Assembly: GCF_964204645.1 (NCBI RefSeq)
Contig: NC_134025.1
Coordinates: 28,314,299-28,378,298 of the forward strand
DNA: 64,000 bases
Direction: 5' to 3'
Source of the DNA: Tubulanus polymorphus
Lineage: Eukaryota > Animalia > Nemertea
The notes beneath the pieces are model-generated. The model was not told the DNA's origin. It did no database searches and saw only the letters and a program-made list of their open reading frames with translations. Numbering within the stretch: position 1 is the stretch's first letter; the number at the start of each line of letters is the position of its first letter. Of the stretch, positions 14,101 to 26,100 are shown piece by piece. The position numbers and the translations under genes are program-made.

Positions 14101-17100
14101 ATCGCTGAATGTTTTACGTTCAGCGTCTTCTAATAAACCACCAAACGACCAGATCAAACAGAACAGGTACAACCTCTCAATGTGCAACTCTCCACCAATT
14201 TGTACATTATCAGCTAGCATGGCTGACAACAGATTGAGACAACTCTTGAACATGCCAACTTCTGTCAAACGGATATTCGGCCTGGAAAAAAGATGAAAGT
14301 TAGATATGTTCGCTCAAAGATGAAGGATTCTAAGACTTAAACACAAAGACACGATGAACTTACTTAGCTTCATGCAAAACATAATGACTAATTGCATCCA
14401 CAGTGTTATCAAAGGCTCTCTGTAACACCTGTACAAAATAAGTAGATACTTCAGTTTTTTTTAAATAAATGGTAACTTCTTAGAAACATGAAATGATGTT
14501 TCCATTTCTTGGTAAATTCTGTTCAGAATGCCAAAGTTTTTCTCTACATCGATTTCAACAAGCCTGTCTATTGTAATAGAAATAACTGCATTGAATGACA
14601 ATATTTGTAGGAGAGATTGAGAAGCAAAGCAGAAACCGACACAAATGCATAAGATGGAATGTATGCACATCACCAAGCGAAATAGAATAGACAATTACAA
14701 AACCCACATAGATACATAGGATATATGCAGAATAGATAACACACAACACCAAATAGCAATTACTTTATAGTTCAAACTGACATGAATGGAATTCTAATTA
14801 CGATATTCAAAATACTGCAGGATAGAATCACAATAGCAAGTGATGCACATAAACCAACATGCAACCAGTGCAAGCGAAATGATTATATAACTCATCATTC
14901 AGTACCAACTGAGAAATACCCCGGTACTACATAGGACTTACTTCCTGCAAGAATAAAGGAAGCATGGAATTATTTTTGACAAAGTCAATAATCGTGGATT
15001 ATACTAGTCAACCTAAAGTTCACTCTCTATTATTTCCTGATCACAGAATGAGAAAATCTCAAAAGATAAGACAATAGATTTACAATGATTTGTAAATGAA
15101 GTTGAATAATGGGACTTACGTTCACTTCTTGTTGAGATCTTGTCTGCATCCATGCTTGAGCAATAGGTCGCCATCCAACTACAGTTTTACCAACAAACAC
15201 GATGCCCTGAATAAAATTTAGATTTTTATATCATAGGTCTTTGATTCAGGTTTGACAATACATCTAAACATCAAAATACTTACAGCTCGTGAGACAGTAG
15301 CTGGTGAAGCTTTCGTTAGATCATCCGTCTCAAACAACAGTTTGATATTATTGGACAAGAACAATCGATCACCATTTCGAAGATGTAGTGTCTGAAATGA
15401 TATACTCGTTTTAAAAGTATTTCATAAAAGCAGAGAATGAAATTTGAGTGGATTTGTGGCAAATACCTTTCCTGAATCTAATACAGTACTGAAGTTATCA
15501 GCCCATCCAGCGTTTAATGGTCCATCTAATGAAAGCCAAGTCGTGCATTGGTTCTGAAAACAAAGAATTTGATTCTTAATCAATAAAGAAATCACAAAAT
15601 TTTATGGTAGAAGTTCAAAGTTCCACTTACTCGACTCGCTTTCTTCCAAGCAGATGTGAAAATACCATCAATCCAATCCATATTGTGCAAATATCCGAAC
15701 ATCAATGAATCGTCATCAACGACTAATGGATTTATCTTCTGCAAGCGATGGTTCATTTCAGCGGAACCTTTCATACTGGATGCCGAATGGCGCGAGAGGC
15801 CTCGTGGATTATCCGCGCACAGAGCTGTAACTAAACTCTGAATCATTCCGGATTTACCAGATCCCGGCGGTCCGGCAACAATTATACCTAGAAATCAAAC
15901 GACATTAATTTGTTAATTGTCAATGCACAAACTGAAGTACTTTTGATCACAGTTTTCAAATCGTTACCTCCGTGAACCAACGAAACGTTGTAAAGTTGAA
16001 TACATTTATCGACCCAATCTTTAGTCGGAATCAGTCCATTTTCTTTCGCAGTAGAATGTAATGTTAATTCTATTTCCTGTATACGCGTATGCGCTGAAAT
16101 GGCTCTATGTGAACCAGGTGGATCTGGTAAACCTTGAAATACATCTTTCACGATCTGAGTGAAGACCGAACAGATCTGAAAAATGATGAAATTTTAATGA
16201 AAAAATTCAAACGTGTTCAAATATTTTCATATCATAAACCGATGAATACATACATCACCACTTAATCGTGGACCGATGATTTCTAGTAAGGCTTGTCCAA
16301 CAATAGAATGTTCCATCTTTGCAGCAGGAGTGAGAGGATTTGGAGTACCAGTTTTACGACTGTACCGATCAGCTGGAGTTCTTCCCTGCGAAACTATTAA
16401 CATTTATACACAGTTAGATATTAGAATGAATGTACGTTTATCTGTTTGAGACAAAACTAAAATGAAGTGAACATTAGAAACTATGTTGAATCTATTGTAA
16501 TAAATAAATCTACCTGTAAATGTCTAGCTATGTATGGTTTTTGAAGATATAAATATGGTAAATGAGAAAGTTAAAAGACTACGATTAGAACTGTCTCGGA
16601 GATGTTGTCAATTTTCTGAGCCCAAAAAATTATACATGCTAAACAAGCAATACTCGACTAACCACTATCTATACCTGGAGCCAGTTTTTATAAGTACTGG
16701 TTTGGCTAGAGAGAAGAAAATTGCTGCAGGAAAGCACTAATTCAAATTATAAAATGTACCTTTCTTTTTACGCTTTGAGCGTGGAGAACCATGACCTAAG
16801 TCAACATTGTAAAATACAAGAATAACTGAACATAAGTGCGTGGAGAAAACTTACGAAACTCGCCGGAGTATGGTTGAAAATAAAAACTGGACAGAAAAGA
16901 AGACATTAAAGGAATGAATGCTGTATTAAGGAGAGACATACCATTAGATGAACTGTGCTGAGCGTAAACTGATTGATTACTGCTCGAACGAGTCGCGTCT
17001 GCTTTATCGAATGATTTTTCTTCTCTGATGAGTTTACGTCGATGACTGGCGAATCGTAACACATTCACAAGTGATGAAACACTCAGGTTGTGATGATCTG

Positions 17101-20100
17101 CTACTGGCCTGTCAAACATACGATTAACTATCTTAATTCATTCATAATCAATAACATGAGATGAATAGATCTCAACCAATGTGCATTTGAATATGAGAAT
17201 CAAAAAGTTATTTGCTTACAGTTGATCTTTAGAAAGTTCCATGACAATCTTGAGGCGGTTGCTGAGAATATTTGGTGCACGGAATCCTAATCCTGAACAC
17301 TTCAATTTCAGAATCATGTTATAATCCGGTTTGAGTAAGTTGACAGTGCGGAATAGTGACTTGATTTCCATTGGGAGTTTGAATTTTGCAGATGTGCTTT
17401 GATTGATAGTGAGGAACAGGGTAGTAGAAGGATTGATCAATATCTGAAATGTGCACATAATGTGTTTCATTCGTTCAATGAAATTCTAAAAAATTCTCGA
17501 TTTGATCTAATCGTATACTAGAGTGTTAAGTTAATATACCTCTTGTCCATCGCGGAGTGTACATGTTTCTTTTGCGGCTCTTAAACTTCCATATATGGAT
17601 GAAACATAATCGAGCAGAACAGATAAACACTCTCGATTCATTGAGTGAAGTTCATCAAAACATCCCCAACATCCATCCTAAAGATAGGATATACAATGTA
17701 TATAATCCATCAACGAGTTAAAAAGTAGTTACACTGCCATAAAGTATAGTGACCAATAGGAATACTAACCATAGCAAGTCCTGTAAGAATCTTTCCCAGC
17801 GCACCAGGATCGGAATGTTCCGAACATTGGAATATTGATAAGTGATGGCCCAACAACTGAGCGAAACCCTGTATTTAACAAAACACTGTGAATAGATGAA
17901 TAAGCGTAAAATTATTAAACCTCCAACTGAAGACATTGATTATATACTTACACTGACGGTTTCAGTTTTACCAGATCCAGTACCTCCGGCCAGTGTGACC
18001 CCCGTATGATTCTGCATATATTGAGCCATTGATATGAAACAGCGTTCGGTAGTCGTAGTTAATGAAACAACAGGTTCAGCGCCGTAAAACTCGCAACCAT
18101 AATCGTATTTTGTATCCAACATATACAAACATGGTTTCAATTCACCGCTTTCATCTAAAATACACGAATACCGGGTAATTGAAAAAGAAATTCGAGAAAA
18201 AATGTTAAAACTTATTGCTTCGTTATATAATCAACAAACCTGTATCTTGTAGATAGCATCGCATATTTCTTCTCCAATCAAAATCAGTAGGTTCTCTGAT
18301 TTTTCTGTTGGCCATACTGTCCAGAACATCGCGTAGATAGATAGAGTACTGTTAATAGAAATAACAGAACATTTAACTTGTAATTTCTACACAGACAGAT
18401 ATCAAACCTATTGTGAAATATACTTACAGTAATCAGATTCTCTAATCTCAAGCGATGAACCGCTGTAAATGGTTCTTCAGCAGTTTTCGCGTAACCTCTG
18501 CTCAGCACAGAGTTCAGTTTTCCCATATTCGTCGAGAACTTTTTGCCCAAGTTGTGCAGAGCTTTACGATCATATTTGATCTCTTGGACACCGACTTCGC
18601 ATTCTTTAGTCCAATAGAACAACATTCCAAACCGACAAATCTGGGTCGGATACTAAAAAGAAGATAGAATTGGTAAATGAAGGTAAAAAATGAAGTTGCA
18701 GTTCAACCAAATTTCTGCGATCTATACCTTTAATACAAGTTCTTCCATAGAAACTCCTTTGTTTACATCTTGCATCACTTCATTGAACAAAACTGACAGA
18801 GACTTATGAATAATATCCTTCAAATGAGTCAACCAAGTTTCAACTCCATCTGCTAATGATACCTACAAATAACAACAAGATAGAGATTCATTTATAACTA
18901 TGATGAAACTATACGCATGAATGAATGAATAGACGGCAATGATTGATTACCTTTTCACATAACTCAAGAATTTCACCTTCACAGCTTATGACAGCGCTAG
19001 CCTCCCAAGTTGTTCTTTCTTGTACAATATCTTCTGATGGCAGCAAAGAAATGTGATGTTGAATTGCGGCAGGAATTTGCTGAAAATTCACAAGAACATT
19101 TTATCATACATTTCACACACAAAGTTTTTAGCGGCTTATAATGCAGGCCCTATTTAACTGTGCCCAGGATCAGCTCCAAGAAAAATCCGAAAACGTCTTT
19201 ATAGCCGGTACCGGTACTATAAATTGAAAAGAGGTTTACTGTATGTAAATACGATTTGAACTACAGGGATATTACAGCAGGATAATAATGCTTTCACACT
19301 AAGCAAGTTACAATAATTAGCATCGATAAACCATAATGTTGTTTTTAGATCATGTATTCAGTGATTATCGACTCTAACCTAGTGAATTAAGCATGCGATC
19401 AGTTGGGAATGAAGCAAATTTCAATCAGTCTCAAAAATACCATGCATATGTCATAAATGTTGTTGGTGTTTGTTGTGCGTAAATTGAGCTATTTTAGATG
19501 TAACTGTAATTGAACGAAGCGTGATAAATGCATCTCTTATAATATTGATATACCTGCGGAGGTAGAGCTGGAGGGTTGGGTTGGGATAAGGCAGTCTTTA
19601 TCATCAGAAAGAAGAACAAATCTTTATATTAACAGCACATAAATCACACACATGCAGAATTTACCATTAAACATTGTTACAAAACGTGCAGCATGCAAAG
19701 GGAAGTGAAATTATAAAACAAGATGAGATATGACACAGCTTTCAATCAACTGGATATAACCACTCATTCCAACAGAACAAGAAAAAGTAATAATATAGAC
19801 AGATACATGATATACAAGCTCAAATCAATGTTTCTTTCAAATAACAAGAAAAACAACAGCAAGAAAACAAAATAATTATAGGACAGAAACAACATCAACC
19901 AAACCACCAATAGGGCTCACCTTTCTCGGTTTTTTCTGCAAAATTCCCTTCAATTTGTCTTTACCCTAATTCATGATTCAATTTCAAACCATAAAATTAC
20001 GTATCGCACATAGGTTTTTTATCACAGTAGCTAAGGCTAAGATTTAGAATGCCGGGTGTGGAGCTTACCTGTACGTGGACTAGTCGTTTGTCTAGTTTAG

Positions 20101-23100
20101 TTTGAGCAGTCGGAGCAATAATTGGTTGAGAAGCGAAATCAGTAACGACACTCGTTGGTCGAGTTGTGTCTTCATGGACCGATGGATTTTGATCTAGAGT
20201 GATTGAACTACCCATAACTGCTTCTAACTTCAAATCTCGAACAGCAGTAAATATAGACCTGTGAATATAAATCATTTCGACATGCTTCACTTTACTTGAT
20301 TTTGTCTTATAGAATGAACTCCTAAAAAAAACTTACTTTAGGTAAGGTTTGATGGAGTCCAGTTCATTCGGTCGACTCAGGATTGCCAGTAGTATAGGAT
20401 CAGAAACGAAGAAAAACCTAGGAAAAGCCCTTCGTTTACTGTCGAGATAACCGATCAAAGATTTGAAACATATCTCTAGTTCTTCATGGAAATGTTTGAG
20501 CACAACACCCTTAGGGACCTCTCCACCGTAACAACACTGAAATCATGAGAAATAAGTTAAACTTTGGAGAAGAAGATCAGGATCAAAATCAGTGCTTTGG
20601 ATGAATATGACGATTACCTGCAGGACATTTCTAGTGTCATAAGCTCTTTTCATCATTTTTGTCCAACCTTTATCAATGCGGCTGAAACGTTTTGCTTCTT
20701 GTGGCAGCTCCTATGAAATAATTCATACGCATTTACGAATGTACTTAATAAATTGTGTTTGAATTATGATCATTGCCAGAATGAGTGTATGGGATGCATG
20801 CAATATATTTATCCTTATTAAATGATTTGAAATTATTTTCATGCAAATTAGTCACAAATTGTATCAGTCATGCTATTATTTCTCATTCGAAGGGAAAATA
20901 TTGATAGTCATATTAAGATGAATATTTCAGTTAAGATCTGTGGTCAATAATGGTTTGGCGATTAAATTTTTAACAGTTCTACTGTAAACCAGTGACTCGA
21001 ATATTCAGTTATATACTTTGCATTTAGAATATACATAAGTAAATGTACATGCAGTTTAATTTCCACGAAGAGCAATTAGAGATAACTGATAATGAAGCAG
21101 TAATGATAAGAATATTTCAGCAATTGCATAATAGATAGAGATGAGATCTTATATGTTTGATAATAAGATAACAGTGTTTCAACGAAAATTGAATATAAGT
21201 GAATTTATGTATTTCCATGTGCCATTGTTGTGTTTCAATGCTGTACATATGTACAGCCCAAAGCTGTGATTTTGGCAACACCAATGTGTGTAAGGCTCAA
21301 AATATACCATCACAATAGACTTCCAAATAAATCCAACAATTGTTTGTATAAACGGATTCAAATAGAAATGTTTCTATTATTGATGGTTTCTGATGAAGTA
21401 TATTTCGGGTTATTTCACAAAGTGATGCCTGTAAAGTGGCTGTCATAATTTTTTACCATCTCTTCAGATCCATCAAGATATGAAATTACCACAGGAGCAA
21501 AGAACGACTGAAGAAATTAATGAAGCAAGGAATAATGAATGTTATGCATTTGATGATAATCATTGATAAATGTTCATACTTTTAACTGAAATAGAATAAA
21601 ACCTGTATATTGTATGCCTAGATTCCACACATAAATTCTCGGTAATGTAGATATGAAATATGCATATACATGAGACTAAAACTCATCTTTTTTGAAATGC
21701 AAAGCCGTCAAGTATAAATATAGTAAAACGCCCCACTAAGCAAAATTCAGATTGTACAATGGAAGAGACCTGCCAAAAAATTGCTGCAATATACTCAGTG
21801 GAACCAGTAGGGGTTCGAACAAATGAGTTGTCTTGATCCTAGAAACACATTTCAAAAATCAATCAATTCTCAATTTAGATAAAATCAAAATTGATGCAAA
21901 CCTAAATGGATAAAGATCACATAAAATACAGGAAAACGTGAGGAGGATTTCACCTGAATAGTCTACACTTCTCCAAAACGAAATAAATGTATGAAACTAA
22001 TTAGAAGAGATACAAGTAAATGTACCTTTGATGCAGTTGGGTTGCTGAAAACGGCCTCTAAATACTGCCATAAATCTTGTACTTCGAGCCACTGTTCTAG
22101 AACCTCCCCGACCTCTTTCAGTTTCTCAGCCCATGATGCGGCTTCCTCTCTCAACGGACCGATGTGACGACTCGTTAACATGTTCGCTAACAACGCTTGA
22201 GCATCTTCTAACTGTTCCAGCAGACGCTCCGTGGACAGTTTCTCCAAATAGATCGGACCTCGGCGTTTGTACGGCTCGAATGTCAAAACCTGTTTAAACA
22301 CATTCACACAGAATAAGGATTCAATGTATACGACAGTAGTTTAGGGCGAGATTGCAGAGTGTGAATTAACCGATAATGTTTACCTGTTCTGTCCATTCCT
22401 CTTCAGTCACACGCAGTTTTACTTCTAATTCCAACTCCTTACCAGCGCATCGGCATATCTCTTCAATTTCAGCTCTGTGCCTGGAAAACATCGCAACACG
22501 ATGCACCAGGTTTATCACGGTTATACACAGGAAGTAAGACAAGACAAGATATTTCATAACTCATACTTGATCAGCCCAATGTCCAATAGATGACAATTCT
22601 TGAACATGTTTGCTTCAAGTGGGAATGAACTACCGGTTACTTGCATTACTTGCAGCCAGTGACGATTACGAATTTCCTAGAATTAAACAATAACACAACA
22701 AACTCATTCAGATGCATTAATTTATATGAAGTTTCAGAAAAGATGAATGATGTACACCATTTAACTTAGAAATGTAACAAATTAACTTGAATGAAATCTC
22801 AAACTGACCAACTGATGAGTAATCAAGAAAGGCAAAAAGCAGAATAAGACTAACTCGGTACTTACTTCTATATCATAGCGTTGTTCTCTCTAAAGTTAGT
22901 ACAACAAAGAACAGACAACAAAAACAGTTAGCATCGAAATTAGAAAACGTTAATCGGAGATATAGAGACTCACATCTAAACCAGTGCTGTATATGAGCTG
23001 AAGCAACAACACTACTACAGTCATAGTGTCTAAATCATCTAATATTAACAATGCGTGTACGTTTCATTTAGTATCTAGCAGTGTTGTTAGATAGTCAGTA

Positions 23101-26100
23101 TTTTTGTTATCAAAATAAACCGATCTACTATCTATTCTTCTTACCTTGGATGACAGTTTATGCAAAAGCGGAATAACGTCCAGATAGTGCTGTATAGCGT
23201 TCTTCATGTCCTGATAAGCGTCCCAATCTTTCAGTTTACTCGGCAGAGCCAAACATTCATCCCAATAACCTTCCACCTAAAAAAAACATCCGACTTCATA
23301 CATTTTCTCAATTCTAGTCTAGGCCTATGTGAAGGTGTAATAATAATATCTATTCTGTACATAGAATATCTCAACAAACTTTACAGATTATAGATATAAA
23401 ACATTGGACAAATAAATAAGATACCGGTAACTGTAAAAAAAGTTATGTTTAGAGTGTCAGAGATTGAAGTGAATGAAAAGATTTGACATGTCACAATTTA
23501 GATGAAAGGAGCTACAAATGTATACACATAACAGGCATATAGTTAGCTAGGTTCTTTCAGAAATATTTCAGAAAATAGATTTTCATTTGAACGGAAAAAA
23601 CCAGTCTTATGTACCTCATTGTTAAAGTCACCTACGTATCAATAATGATAAAAAGATTAATCTTATTCCTAACACATAATTCTATCAGCATACCTGTTTC
23701 TTAATAACCTAAAAACCCCAGATAAAACGAAACCACAATGAACGAAATGAATACAAACAATGATTATTTGTGTAAAGATGAATATTTGATATTGTATATG
23801 ATTTACCTCTTCGGTCGCATTTCGTAAATCGACATCAGACCACAATGTGTCCCTGAAGTTGTTATCAAACCTGATGAACTTTTGGAACAGGCCGTACAAC
23901 TGACCAAGAAGATCCAACTCCTGCAAAATGGAAATAAATTACACAATAAAATCATATGAAATCAATCACTTTGGTGGTTTAGCTCTGTTTAGCTCTGTGA
24001 AACCGACCTCTCCTGTTTTATCCAGTTCTGGGAATGGTTTACACGGAATACCGAACAATTTCGATACAGAGTCTAGTGTGCGTCTTTTTGTGTCATATGC
24101 TGAGAATTTCTGCTGGAAATTGTGAAGTCTGGCAACCGCTTCAGCTGGTGGAATTCCAGGAACAACCGGTCCCTGAGCATCAAACGCATTGCGGAACTGA
24201 ATTACTTCAACAACGAATGTCTGAAAACAAAGTTCATCATTAGAAATCAGTAGTTTGAATAAAGACTACATGTTTAATCATCATGGTTAAAACTTGGTAG
24301 AATTTACCTTAACTTGTTTGTCTAATTCCTGTTCAAAAGCCACACGTCTCTCCTTCAGAAGAACGTGTCTCAGATTATCTGCCAGTTCTAACAATTCCTG
24401 CCATTTATCTCGCAATGAATCGACGTTTTCCACTTCATGACGAGGCAAACGCAATTCAAACTCTCTGTTAAATGTATCAAAATATCAATTACTCGCAAAT
24501 ACAAATTCACATTTATAGATAGACACGAAAATATGATATAAATATTGTTGATAAAGAATGTGAAATACGTATTAGGAAAGTGTACACATGCTCTATAAAC
24601 AGATTGGTGTCAAAGATACTGGTGGTTAATGGAATTCAAAAACCTCACCTGAGATGGCTGTACATTGTTTCTATCGGAAGATAAATTGCATCGATCTTAT
24701 TCTCCATGTCTTGTATTTCCTCCAGTAAGTGTAATGTACTATTTAACTGATCGAGGTTTAGTACACTAAGCTCTAAGCGACTGCAAACATTCATACGATA
24801 CAATAACGCCGCATCCAGCTTTTTCTATAAACCATGCAAATAAAAAGTGCCATGCAAATTCATACATGAAGTGATATAGTGATATATAAGATAAAATTAA
24901 AGAAAATTATTCTAACCTTAGCTTCTTCATGTAAAACTGCTGCGTATTTGCATTTCCAAGCAACAGCAAATCCGTGAAGGGCATCTTTGATCAAATCAGT
25001 TTTCAAACACACAGGTCCGGCGGGTAGGTTTGATGGAATATCATCGATGTTGCTTTCAACCCTCTGCAATCGTTCGACTTCTCGACGCAGAAAGTACGGT
25101 CCCGGTTCGTGTTGTATGAACTCGGTGAAATTGCCCTGAATGTCGTCTTTCCATAAGAAATCATACATTTGAAAATGCATGATGTGCTTGTTCAATATCA
25201 GTTCTAAATCTGTATAAAGACGAGACAGATAAATTAGCTACGGACGAGACAAATCAAAACAACAAAATTAGGTTTTCATTTATACCTGCGATAACAGAAC
25301 TCAATTGATGAAACATATCCTGAATAACCTTATCATCATTAACATGTTGAGAAAAGGTTTCTCCAATGTCATTACCGTTATTCCATTTAACACCTGAAAC
25401 ATTTCAACACATCTTTCTAAATCATGCCTCCTATAACTTTCTACAACCTCATAGAATCATATTTCTTAATAGCCAAATATTTCCTGATAAAAGGTTTACG
25501 AACCTTTCACGACATCTCTGATTGCAGAAGCAATGTTATCAATAGTAGACTGAATGGCGTCCATCGCAGGATTTAAAGTGATGTTTGGTATTGCGTAGTT
25601 TACTGTCACTTCAAACCTAAAATAAACCCATCGCAGTCATATTAGAACATGATCAACTACTAAAATGTGTTCATATTCAGAGAGTTATTCACTTGTTCCC
25701 TAGTTACCTCAGATATGTGATTTCTGCAGTTCTTTCTGTTGTCCATGTCATGTTTGACAGCATTGACATGACGGACACCGGGCGTTTATCCGATTTCGCT
25801 GACATCCCTCGACTGAGCGGTCTCGGAGTAGGTGCTCCACTCAACGATACAGCAGAATTCGACATCAAACTCACAGAACGGACAAGATCGCTGTCGCAAC
25901 CACAAGATTCAGCCAACGTGACAAGAGATCGGCATGTGGCAGTTAGAATCGCTTCATAGATATCATCACAGTAGTAATCTGAAAGTAAATCATGAATCAA
26001 AATTCATCCAAAATGCTTATAGCTACTTGAGAAGATTTTCTGGGAAATAAAATTACCTAACAACTCAGAGACTATGTAATCCTCAGGGTTACTAACTGAT

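Noticed and set aside
14461-14752. Short hydrophobic ORFs in the long dynein intron as a nested gene
   Set aside because: Composition reflects UG/UGC-rich intron sequence; no recognisable motif, and the phase is incompatible with flanking exons.
21797-21840. tRNA- or SINE-like 3' end (minus strand GTTCGAACCCCTACTGGTTCCA)
   Set aside because: Only a T-loop-like fragment; too short and degenerate to call.
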